A stretch of 64,000 nt of DNA from Ylistrum balloti (Eukaryota): assembly GCF_031769215.1 (NCBI RefSeq), contig NW_026781893.1, positions 744,001 through 808,000 on the forward strand, read 5' to 3'. Below the pieces are notes generated by a model that was not told the origin of the DNA, made no database searches, and worked only from the letters and a program-made list of their open reading frames with translations. Shown here in pieces: positions 39,201 through 50,080 of the stretch. The position numbers were made by a program, and so were the translations under genes. Each line of letters begins with the position of its first letter. Position 1 is the first letter of the stretch.

Positions 39201-42200
39201 ACTTTATGCATGCGACACATACAGTTCCGAAAAATTTGCTCCCAATTTGCTACTCAATACTAAATCATAATAGTAATAGTGACTATTTCTGTAGATTGTT
39301 CCTTCTAAACAAAATTTTAGGATGCATCAACTTACTCTAATTAAATAAAAATTTGATCATTAACTCTTATGTATACCATATAGAGTTAATATGGTGATAG
39401 CTATGTGGTATTTAGCTCTGATTGTATTTGTGAGTGATGCATGTATATAACAGGAGGGACCAGTGACCATTCCTATATGGTCAACTGTTTTAGAAATACA
39501 TGCTATAGGAACAAGGTGTTCATAGGTTTCTCTTGGTTAAATGTGGCCATGGAGAGATAATCACACCTGACAAGAATGAAATCCAGCTCAAACTATAAAC
39601 AGGTACCTGTTTTCAATAATGGATGTAATATTGGCATTTCCCATAATTGAATTACAGATGTGCTATCTGTAACTGAAACAAGTTCAAAGCTAGTAACATG
39701 TATGACATAAATCTCAGAGGTTTATTGTGAATAGTGGAAGAAGTAATGAAAGTCCTGTCCGGGAAGGTAGCTTATAACTGTAGCACAACAATGAAACTTC
39801 AATGGACCAGCATTGTTGAGATATAAGATTTTACACATTAACCAAATTAGTGTTTGCCAAAAGGAGTGAATGAGACACATAGAGTATGTTACATGATTTT
39901 CAATGTAACAAAATTTATTATACAAATTGAGTGATATGACATGACATGAGCCTTTAAGCAGGTGACATATGAAACTATCTAATGAGTTAAGTAAATTCCA
40001 TGTTACACCGATGTGCACAAGTGTAAGATACTATTTATCATTCAGCCTCTTTTTCTGAAAAAGAAGCAAAAGCTCTCAAATTGATTTACCTTTAAGACTA
40101 TTTTTGGATGCAGATGTTACATTTTTCTCTACCTTTAAATAGCGATACAAGAAATCATGTGGAGGCGACATATAGTCAAGAGACAGCAAAACAGTTATAG
40201 AAATAATAGGTACTACAACACTCTATAAAGGGACATATAGTCTAAAAACAGCTTATTACTTATTGTGTTGCCTGCAGAGCTGGCGGACACTTAGGGATCA
40301 CTTTGTCCATCGTCACACGTCGACGGTGGCGTCGGCGGTGTCCATAAGAAAGTTTTCCTGATTTTTTTCGGTTATGCTTTAAGTTTTCAAAATGAAATTG
40401 AGTATATGGCTTCTTGTTGGAAGGGTACAGATTAGTTTTGACATCCAGTTAGATTTCTGGGTGACTGACATTTTATGCATGCGACACATACAGTTCCGAA
40501 AAACTCGTGTAGAAATAGTAGGTAGTACAACACTCCCAATTTGCTACTCAATACTAAATCATAATAGTAATAGTGACTATTTCTGTAGATTGTTCCTTCT
40601 AAACAAAATTTTAGGATGCATCAGTTTACACTAATTAAATAAAAATTTGATTATGACCTCTAACGTGTACCATAATGAGTTAATATGGTGATAGCTATGT
40701 GGTATTTAGCTCTGATTGTATTTGTGAGTGATGCATGTATATAACAGGAGGGACCAGTGACCGTTCCTATATGGTCAACTGTTTTAGAAATACATGCTAT
40801 AGGAACAAGGTGTTCATAGGTTTCTCTTGGTTAAATGTGGCCATGGAGAGATAATCACACCTGACAAGAATGAAATCCAGCTTAAACTTTAAACAGAAAT
40901 AAGTTTTCTATTAAAGATATATGTTACTTTGTCATTGCCCAAGATTATTTTAGAGTTGTCTCCCTTCGAAATTGCAAGTATGTATGAAGTTGATAATTTT
41001 GATAAAATAGATAGTACTTAGGAATTACCTAAAGGGATACAAACTATATCACAAAGGACGGCAACATACCACACAACCTTATCTTCCTACGGAACCAGGT
41101 GAGACCCCTGATGCAACAGTGTAAAAGTCTTATTTATGTATGTGAATTGTTATAATGAACTATCCTCTCTGTATTTAGGGTGCGGTTAGAAAACCAGTTG
41201 GACCCCTGATGCAACAGTGTAAAAGTGAATTGTTATGAAATGAACTATCTTCTATGTATTTAGGGCACGGTCAGAGAACCACGTTGGGCCCCAGATACAA
41301 CTGTTTACAAGTCTTATTTATGTATGTGAATTGTTATATTATGAACTATCCTCTTTGTATTTAGGGCGAGGTTAGAGAACCAGGTTGGACCCCTGATGCA
41401 TCAGTGTACAAGTCTTATAGATGCAGCTTGTAGTGATGCTGAAATAACAACAGACCAAATAGACAAGGCAAGCCTACACAGAACAATACATCCTTATAAG
41501 TTAATAAACATGTATATTTTCTTTGTGTGAAATTTGATTCAAACTAATAAAAATCATTTATTTGCTTTATAATCATTTATATTTTTATCAAGTCTTAAAA
41601 ATCATATTTGTTGGAGATAAAGAGTTATTTCCCTTTTATCAAAGGTTACTCCTGTTTGTGGTGAAAAGCTATATTTTGTTCTTTCTTTTAATTTTCTTAA
41701 CAGGTGATTGTTTGTGGTGGTGGAGCAAAAATGCCTTTGGTTCAGAAAACAATTAAGGACTATATCAAAACTGCAGAGATTTTAAGCTCCATTCCTCCAG
41801 ATGAAGTTATAGCGATTGGCTCAGCCAAACAGGTAGGATACTTCTACCAATAATGGCTATCTAGATCAGTATAGGATAGAACTAGAGGCTTGAAGAAGCT
41901 GATTCTCCCTTTGTCTGTTTTAGGTTTAGCCAGTTACATTGCCCCCTGAATGTCAGGTAGATAGAATTACTGGGTTGAAGAAGAGTCAGATACTTTTATA
42001 CATTTATCCTGTTTCACCAACTCTTATAGAGAAACAAATAATGTCACATAGACCATAGTTTCAGTACAGAGTACCTATCTAAACCATACCACTTCACACA
42101 TATGTAGTCTTGCATTTATAAATAACTACAGATTGAGATTTTGTATAGGATACTATGATCTTTTAATGTATAGCTATGTGTTTGATTTACAATTAACAAC

Positions 42201-42759
42201 ACCTGAAATGTTTTTTAAACTTTGAAATAAGTCATAGAGGATGCTTGTTTTTTTTTTTTGGATAGTGAGGATAAACACTGTAGTACTGTATACTGAAAAT
42301 TTTCCAAAATTTTTGTCATTTTTGCTCAATAAGAACAGGGCTATTTTTAACATGTACTGAAAGATTAACTACTCCTGACCGGAAAAAATTCATATCTGAT
42401 TTTAGTAAACTTTAAACTGTTCGGAAAAAAGTTTCCTGTTGGTATCACATGTAGTACTGATATGTTTGTAGGCTGGTATTCTCACAGGATGTGATGCAAC
42501 AGAAAGTAAAGAAAATGCAGAGGATAATGAAATAGAATGCTTGTCAAAGACTGTGTGTCTAAGGGTAAGTTAGGAATGTTTTTTAAACATTGTGCTATCT
42601 GCATTGTAAAAGTAAAACGATCTATAGTATGTATTGTTTGATATATTGCAGCATTCACATACAACCATTATGTAACGGTTCCTTTATCTATTACTTATTT
42701 CAATAAAAATATCAGATACATCAATTTAAAAAAAAAAACTTGCATGTTCTCTGCAGTGA

Positions 42760-42795
<36 letters not shown>

Positions 42796-43949
42796 ATATC
42801 ACTTTTAATGTACCAGCTGTGCAGTGATGAATCATGATGTACAAAGTATAAATATTGATGTTGGATTGCATGTACAAGTGTATCTATGAAAACAGTGTTT
42901 TCTAATTAGTGCAGATCAGGAAACAGTGAATTAAGAGGTTGCTTTGTTATGCATTTACTACATAGATTGTGCTGTTTACCTATGTACTCAATTAATTGTA
43001 TTTCTATGTATAGTCTTGCAGCAATGGTGAGACCAGACTGGAATTGGTGTTCCCATCCCTGACCCCACTCCCATCCCGTAAACATGAGACTGTGATGTTG
43101 GGCGATCATCAAACATCTTTACAAATGGATCTGTGCGAATGTGATGACCTTCAGCAACCAGACACTGCAGCAGACCTTGCCAAGGTTAGTAAGCACGAAA
43201 GTTCAGTGGTAATTTGTCATGATGTCTTGTCTGGATTCTTGAACATAGAACAATGTAAGAATTTGTATTAAAATCATGATTCAAACATAATATCTTTAGC
43301 CAGGACATTAAAAATACGAATTTATAAAGCAAAATGGCTTCCAGACTATTGACATTACAATTTGAAATTTTGGGCAGCATTTTGTCCCTGAAACTGTACA
43401 AAAATAAACAATATTTTTCCCTTCACAGCTTGTGATGAGAGACTTACCAGAAGCAGCTAAAGTGTTAGTTACCTTCCATCTAAGAAGGTGAGAAACATTA
43501 AGTTTAGCAATTATAGAAATAATCATTGGTTATGTTTTGTTAATAGAGAAAATCAAAACCCTTTCCAAATTTGTTTTGATTGAATCCATACATGTTTCAT
43601 TCTTTGATTACAGTATTAATCAAGTTTTTTTTCTGTAGTAAAAATTGATATTTTCAATAAGAGTAAAAGGAGATTTTGTCTGGGAAAAAGAGCTTTAAAC
43701 GTATACAACAAGAAAATCCTTAAATTCAAACTTAAAGACTATGAGTAAGCCATTTGATGCTATCTATACGCCAAACACTTACAATGAAATATTTTGATTT
43801 GGCTACACAAAAAATACCACCGCTCCTTCAGTAGATTTAGATTTTCTTCAGACCAATTTGTACATTATAGGGAAGGCTCCCTCCATGTGACATGTCGGGA
43901 GGAGACATCAAACAAAACCGAGTCTGTCGTTGTTGAGGTATGCAGCTGA
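30238..43949 (+). CDS. HSPA14: HSPA14 (Hsp70L1, ribosome-associated complex subunit), 507 aa
   Basis: Exons 30238-30294, 31207-31287, 31803-31934, 32458-32563, 34253-34343, 34637-34741, 35220-35381, 36097-36252, 41365-41467, 41704-41832, 42472-42564, 43014-43184, 43429-43487 and 43871-43949 (1524 nt, phases consistent; intron 9 is GC-AG). [45 protein letters not shown] and GSLHVTC are characteristic of HSPA14. Confidence 0.95.
30560..30835 (+). mobile_element. Penelope-like element reverse-transcriptase C-terminal relic in HSPA14 intron 1
   Basis: [46 protein letters not shown] matches the recalled PLE pattern SQLIRYARAC...LTxKLLxQG...KFYGRH. The upstream part is frameshifted. Confidence 0.8.
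31261..31650 (+). repeat. Degenerate 36-bp tandem array derived from the 3' end and donor site of HSPA14 exon 2
   Basis: ATGGTGGCTTATACTGAATTAGAACAG|GT is repeated at 31261, 31297, 31333, about 31370, about 31405 and about 31442, with further decayed copies to about 31650. Confidence 0.88.
32600..33640. mobile_element. Helentron-like (HINE-type) fragments in HSPA14 intron 4
   Basis: ATCCGTCCATAAAC...CAAATTTCATATGTAG, TTATAACCCCGC...GGGGTGGTATATTGGAAGAACCCTGTCTG and GTTGCCATGG-type palindromes. Probably nested pieces. Confidence 0.5.
33715..33801. repeat. 29-bp tandem repeat, 3 copies
   Basis: CTGCTATAAAATTCAACATGACAGAAAAG x3. Confidence 0.95.
37140..37312. repeat. ~40-45 bp tandem repeat, 4 copies
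   Basis: TTTACAAC(TAC)AACAACAATTTATCAGTATCATA(A/G)AGATTGTTTAT units. Confidence 0.9.
37882..40890. repeat. Recent kb-scale tandem duplication (2 full copies plus 1 partial) in HSPA14 intron 8
   Basis: Anchor GCATGTATATAACAGGAGGGACCAGTGACC occurs at 37890, 39439 and 40733 (periods 1549 and 1294). The twin 98-aa ORFs differ at one residue. Copy 1 has three internal copies of TATGGCTTCTTGTTGGAAGGGTACAGATTA; copy 2 has one. Confidence 0.95.
41090..41415 (+). repeat. 85-101 bp tandem array of the intron 8/exon 9 junction of HSPA14
   Basis: TGAACTATC..TGTATTTAG|GG acceptors end at 41178, 41263 and 41364. Each is followed by a copy of the first ~50 nt of exon 9. A fourth partial copy starts at about 41092. 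Confidence 0.92.
42763..42790. repeat. (TA)n microsatellite
   Basis: About 14 TA units, read directly. Confidence 0.95.
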
Positions 43950-44349
43950 TGACTGAAGGCCTTAGGATAATAGTGATTAGTACATATTACCATGCATCAG
44001 GACCTCATCAGTGAAACAGTCAGAAGGACTTGGCTGATGTTCACAGTACAACAGTTTTATCTGTATGTATAAGATAAACCTTGGATGCCATGCCCTGTTC
44101 ACTAGTCTGAAAGTTTTACTACTTATTTTGACTGCTTCTGTCAATTCAGGTGTAGTTTACCATCAGTTTTGTGTGATCAGAGGAATGAACAGTTACCAAA
44201 TATGACTAATTTCCATGACAGCCAACTCATGTGAAGCTCACAAAAAAGGCAGTTATCAAGTCAAAAACATTTGAGTATTTGACTAGAAGATGTAACATGA
44301 GAAGGACTGAGAAAGAAGTGGAATTTGTACATCAATATATAATGCTCCA

Positions 44350-45580
44350 TATGATGGCAGGCTTGTAAGGGGCCCACATTGGAGATGAGGGTAGCCTATA
44401 GTAATCAGGTTGTCTATCTGTCTGTCTGTCTGTCTGTCCGATTTTGTTTACTTGACACTGTCTTAAGTGATCTTATGTTTTGCCTGTTGTCTGTCTGTCA
44501 ACTTTCTGTCGGTATCATGTCAATTGTGCCATTTGAATGACGTCTTCTCAATAAGCAAGAAATCCTGAGAAATTTTACAAAAATAAATTACCATGACATA
44601 TATTCAAGGTCACAGGTGTCAAATTTGTTAACACTTGAAAAGTCTTATTGTTAAGCTAAGGGTTTAGAAGTATATTTAGCAGATTGGATGACTCCTGAAT
44701 CATTTTTCGAAAAGAAATAGCTTTGACTTAAACTCAGGGTCACAGGGGTTAAAATGTTTACATGAATTCTTTTCACTTATCAAAAGACCCATAAACATGA
44801 TATTTGGCTGATGGGTTCCGAGGATGAATCTTACAAAGTGTGTGAAAAAAAATTACCTTGAGCCATGTCACAGGGGTCTTTGACACAGTATCTCAGACTT
44901 TACCCAATGCCAATTCAAATGAAGTGGAATTGATTTTCTTATCTTGAGGAAAAAGGTCCAGGTCACTGTTACTATAAATAGAAAGTCAATTTGAATTTTT
45001 ACACTTGGACCTTCTCTATGGCTTCTTCACAGGAATTGTTAACTCTCATTTGTTTTTCATTTTCACTGGCCATAGCTGAAGGTCATTATCATTATAAATA
45101 GATATAGAAAGTAAATCACATCTGTATGTTACTTGTTAATAATTTCTTATGATATAATGAAGCCTAATTGACTGGTTCTATGACATCAGGTCAAAGGTCA
45201 AGGTTAAATCTGAATTATGGTACTCACAGATATTTTGTTATGACATAGTGAAGCTTTCTTTACTGAAATCAAAGGATATGTTGACAGATCACAGGTCAAA
45301 GGCCAAGATTAACGTTGAAATATTTTATTGGTCTATATTTTGTTATGACATTTTGAAGCATGATGAGTTGAAATCAAATGAGAAGTCACCAGATTACAGG
45401 TCAAGGTCACCAGGTCAAAGTTTGAGGTCACATTTGAAATATTTATTCATATTTCACAAGCAAACTATTTCATTTATAAAGCAATACACAAAATTTCTAC
45501 ATAAACATGACACTAAGGTTAAGATTTTGACAGGATGCGGGGCCTTTTATGACTTGTGTCAGTACACCAGTTTTCGTAAA
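44350..45580. mobile_element. Helentron-like (HINE-type) element with (TCTG)n head, downstream of the HSPA14 stop
   Basis: GGTAGCCTATAGTAATCAGGTTGTCTATCTG(TCTG)n at about 44390-44440, repeated AGGTCAC/AGGTCAAAG motifs, and an end CAGGATGCGGGGCCTTTTATGACTTGTG. Confidence 0.6.
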
Positions 45581-46194
45581 GGTGCTAAGATGTAAATGCA
45601 GATGACTAGCTGAGAGTAACACTACTTATAGTCAGTGAATAAAATTTTTGACATTTTGAAACATTCTGATAATAAAGTTTTTCTTTTTTACACCTCATTT
45701 CCTCTTGAAAATGATCAATAGTGGACAGTGATTTCCTGTATTTAATGTAAAATATTGTGATAATGATCTGAGTGTCTGCTGATTGTGCCACTCATGTAAG
45801 TTGTATATGTCTCTCTATGATTACATACATTATGCACAATTATGCAGTATTTGCTGAAAACAAATTCCAAATAAAATATTATTGTCTTATCTGTCTCATA
45901 TTTCTTACTTTGCTATTGGTTACCATTGTTATGTTTGGTCTGCCTGGAATCTTATTGCAGAGCTTATCAATACAGGCCACAAAAACTTTAGATTTTACTA
46001 TTAGACATATTGGTTATATCTTGTCATTAAGTAAAAGAACACAAGGTCTTATCATCTTCATTTAAATTACTATTGGTATCAAAGACTATGCTAAACAAAT
46101 GTCAAGACATTTGAATGTTAAGCTGTTAGATGGAAATTACAATTGGTATCAAACATAATATGGAAAGAACTGTAAAGACTTTGCATAGAAATCA

Positions 46195-46690
46195 TTGTAA
46201 AGAAAGCCAGGTGTGAAGTCGTTATACCTATACTTACACTTATCAAACTTTACACAGAAATAATTGTAAAGTAAGCCACGTGTCAAGTCGGTATACCTAC
46301 ACTTACACTTATCAAACTTTACACATAAATGATTGTAAAGAAAGCCACGTGACAAGTCGTTATACCTTTACCCACACTTATCAAGCTTTACACAAATTAT
46401 TGTAGAGAAAGCCACGTGACAAGTCGTTATACCTATACTTATACTTAACACAGAAATAATTGTAAAGTAAGCCACGTGACAAGTCGTTATACCTATACTT
46501 ACACTTATCAAACTTTACACAAATCGTTGTAAAGAAAGCCACGTGACAAGTCGCTATACCTATACTTACACTTATCAAACTTTACACAGAAAAAATGTAA
46601 AGAAAGCCACGTGTCCTATCATTAGACCTAAAATTACACTTGTCAAATTTTACACAGAAATAATTGTTTAAAAAAAGCTACGTGTCAGGT
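46195..46690. repeat. ~67-69 bp minisatellite, about 7.5 copies, with CACGTG in most units
   Basis: Unit AAGAAAGCCACGTGACAAGTCGTTATACCTATACTTACACTTATCAAACTTTACACAGAAATAATTGTA. CACGTG at 46277, 46346, 46413, 46473, 46540 and 46608. Confidence 0.95.
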
Positions 46691-48271
46691 AATGAGATCT
46701 TAAGTATCAAACATAATAAAGAAAGAACTAATTTGTTAGATCTAGATTATAAATAGTTATTCTCAATACGGAAAGAACTAGGACGAAAACCACGTATAAG
46801 ATCTCGTTAGATTAAGATTAGGTAAAGTATCAACGTCGTAAGATTTTGTTAACCATAATGCCGAATAATCGTAGAAAGCACATGCCCAGTCGTGGTAGAT
46901 TATTATAGTCATCATTTGTCGAGATTTATCATAGAGAAAAACATTTAGTATGCTATAAATGATATAACTGTACATCTATTTCCCTGTGTATATTGAGTGT
47001 GACAGGAGACGCGAACCATGGCGAGGATTATATCAGAAAGTCCGTCCCATCAATCAGAACACTTGTTCGTTACAATGAATGAATCTTTAACGGTTGATTT
47101 TGAGTCTCAGTTGGGGAATACTTTTTCTAAAAAATATTGATTGGTGGTACAACAATTATAGAATGTTGTGGGAAATGTCCTCTGTGTTTTTATCTATTTA
47201 TCAATTATTTAATCAAGTTTTAGAGAGTTTTTAACCATCACTGCTATAAATGGGACCCAATTCTGTTTTCGGCCATCGCTCCCAAATTGTACGGTTTCCC
47301 CTTTCTCACCCCTTGAACTTTATCGAGTGTTGTTTTGAAATGCACACAAATCAACAAGCAATGTGCGTCTTACGTTATCGGTGATGGTCTGTAATCACCT
47401 GAGAGCCAGCCCATAGTTGTCGCCTGCTCAAATCGACCGCCAAACCTTTGCGTAAGTTATTTTTCTATCATTATCTCGGTTTTCAGTTTTAAAAAAATCA
47501 CTAGGACTAGTAAATGTGCATTCTTCTCAGACGAGTCAATATAACACCATATTTGATGATAAATTGTTATGGCGCTTATCTATTTCCCGATCATATGTTC
47601 AGGACCATATGCTTGTTTACGCATAGCAAAAATCGCTGATCAGAAAAAAAATAATTTTCATTATATTACGAGAGGAGGGCCATTGATCACTTTATATGAT
47701 CTATTACCGACCGATATCCCTGTTGTGTTGAAAATTTTCGTGTCAAAAAGTATGTTTTTACATATAACACAACTACTTTAACAAAGTCACTCCTTAATAA
47801 GATAAAGACCTTTTAAACTTTACGTTATGACAAACGGAAATGGAATGAAAATCATTGTTTAATGACAGGATTCTCATAAGACTTTTGATAAGTCGTTTCT
47901 CGTCTAATTTTTAGTGCTATTGTATCAGGACTTTAATAATGCATGAAAAAAGTGTGATGTCTATTCGTTAAATGTGACTAAATCCAGTTGTACAATATTT
48001 CCCATGAATGTAACATACTGCATATATCATTCGAATGAGAAAACAAACTTTAAAAGTCTGTATCGATTCCACTGGGAAATTTCGTAAATAGCTGACCATA
48101 ATTCTACCTCGTTATACTTTATCCGGATTTTAAGTATGCCGCAAGTTGCCACTGATTATTCAGTTTCAAATCCACAGAAAATTCACATTTTCTAAATTGC
48201 TTTTTGTGTATGTTTTTTTTTTTTTTTTGCAATATCATAGTTATTTCAATATACTGTTCTTTCATTGTAGA

Positions 48272-49459
48272 ATGTGTGTGGCGATTTATCTCCTGTGTGT
48301 AATCGGGCTGACCCGAGCTCAAGAGAGACTCAATGATCTTCAGTTCCGTTCGTTTGGAAATCCGACGTCTGCAACGCAATTGCAAAGATCTGCTCAACAA
48401 TTTCGGATCCCTACCGCATTTCCAAATGGATTTCATTCACCTAGTATTTCTCCGGCTCTAATTCGACACAATATCGCAGGACCGAATCCGTTTGGAAGAA
48501 ATAGGAACAGTTTGATGAACTCCAATGGTTTATTGATGATGTTTCCGACCCAGGCTGGTCGCTTGATTCCAGGATTGGCCTTTAATCGTCCAGCACCGTT
48601 ATCATCTGTCCTTCAAAGACCTGCGTTCCCTTTTACACCACCAAGTGTACATCGACTTAACAGAGGACGTAATGCTATAAGTGAAAATTCAGGACAGCGT
48701 TTGGCTGGATTAAACCAAGATCGCCCATCTCTTTCGGGGATGCGCCGACCTAATGGTGTTACTCCCAGAGGGCAAAACGTCGTACCTCAGACAAGACCCT
48801 CATCATCGCAACCACGAAATCCTGCAACATCGGACAAGGCAACGCAAAGAATTGTCGACTTTATATTGGGGAAGAAGAGTCAAAACACCAACCAAAACCC
48901 TATACAGCCTACTGTAGATACTATAAGTAATGTAGAGATGGCCAAACCACCTCCAAGAAAGTCGGTGTTTCCAAATCCAACAGGACTGTCCACAAATGTC
49001 GTAGACATTAATAAAGCATCACCCGAAATCCGTTTTAAATCAAGGACTGACGAGGAAATAAGGCAAGAAGTAGAGGAAAGAATGAGACAGCTTAATGCAT
49101 TTCTCGCCAGAAATCCAGCAGCCATAGCATCTCCAATCCATAATGTGGTAAACAACCATCATTTACCTCATAACATCCGGCATTATTTCAATAATGTCAA
49201 TCGCCGTACGGAACGAGTCGACCAAAACACTTTGAACACAAGAGTCATGGAAGCATTCAAAAACCGCGACAAAAGTGGTAAAAAACCAATTGTAGTTGAT
49301 GGTGGTGTCGCAGAGCAAGTGATGCCTACCATTGTCGTCGATGGAGGTGTTTCATGGAGAAACCAAGGTATTCATCTTGACCAAAACCAGCGACCACGTG
49401 CATTTAATCTAGAAACGGACAAAGAGCTTGCCAAGCTCTTTCCAATTCCTCCATCATAA
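48272..49459 (+). CDS. Orphan secreted Asn/Pro/Arg/Gln-rich low-complexity protein, 395 aa
   Basis: Acceptor TTCTTTCATTGTAG ends at 48270, then ATG at 48272. Signal-peptide-like MCVAIYLLCVIGLTRA|Q. Single 1188-bp open frame with GC content above the flanks. AATAAA at about 49765 and 49794. The longer ORF start at 48146 runs through intron-like poly(T) sequence. Confidence 0.85.
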   Translation: MCVAIYLLCVIGLTRAQERLNDLQFRSFGNPTSATQLQRSAQQFRIPTAFPNGFHSPSISPALIRHNIAGPNPFGRNRNSLMNSNGLLMMFPTQAGRLIPGLAFNRPAPLSSVLQRPAFPFTPPSVHRLNRGRNAISENSGQRLAGLNQDRPSLSGMRRPNGVTPRGQNVVPQTRPSSSQPRNPATSDKATQRIVDFILGKKSQNTNQNPIQPTVDTISNVEMAKPPPRKSVFPNPTGLSTNVVDINKASPEIRFKSRTDEEIRQEVEERMRQLNAFLARNPAAIASPIHNVVNNHHLPHNIRHYFNNVNRRTERVDQNTLNTRVMEAFKNRDKSGKKPIVVDGGVAEQVMPTIVVDGGVSWRNQGIHLDQNQRPRAFNLETDKELAKLFPIPPS

Positions 49460-50053
49460 AAATGAAACAAAATTCACAATTATATAATAACCTACGTATC
49501 ATATTGAACCAAAGCAGGCACTTAAATATATAACAGGAATGCCTGCCTGATTATATCTGCCTCAATTAAAACTTTTCTCATCATTCGACGTCGTTTGTGA
49601 AAACTGTTACCATATCTAGACACTCTAAAGTATATAAGATTTGAAATACTAAACAGGTTTTTTTTTGTATTATTAAGATATTACTGTATATTTTGTTTGA
49701 ATATTAAAGCATATCTATTATGATCAGATGTCATCTGTTCAATTGTATCTATATGTTCAGTCGAAATAAATCGAATATTATTTCTTAAAAAGAATAAATA
49801 ACGTTAAAGAAAATCATGTCTTAGTATGGAAAACAAAGGGAACGAGCGTATAAATCTAAAAAGTCCCCAATGTTCCACGTCGAATTTACTATCGTATCGT
49901 AAGAAAGATGTATACTATTTCTTTGTATAACCATGTTAATGTAAATGGGGTTTTGCGCAAGTCGTGTCGCACCGACACGTGAACAGAATCTTAATTTTTA
50001 AAACAGAAGAAAGATTTATAAGGAAGCCTACAACAAATTTCAATGAGAAAAAA

Positions 50054-50080
50054 CCAGGTGTTCTGGAAGGGTATGCGTTT
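50054..50080. mobile_element. Penelope-derived 3' tail fragment; related copies at 53798-53848 and 59681-59715 (reverse)
   Basis: CCAGGTGTTCTGGAAGGGTATGC resembles the abundant bivalve motif CAGGTGCTCCGGAAGGGTAAGC. Assignment is from recall. Confidence 0.45.

Noticed and set aside
38173-40018. Twin 98-aa ORFs
   Set aside because: By-product of the tandem duplication, antisense to HSPA14, with no domain.
42755-42900. GTGATGA box C motifs suggesting an intronic C/D snoRNA
   Set aside because: No CTGA box D or terminal stem at a suitable distance. The two motifs flank a (TA)n microsatellite.
48146-48271. Extra 42 N-terminal codons of the 437-aa ORF
   Set aside because: T-rich intron-like sequence ending in a good acceptor. 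The signal peptide starts at 48272.
49963-49979. Perfect 7-bp GC hairpin CGTGTCG-CAC-CGACACG
   Set aside because: No CTRR end to make it a Helitron terminus. An isolated short hairpin is expected by chance.
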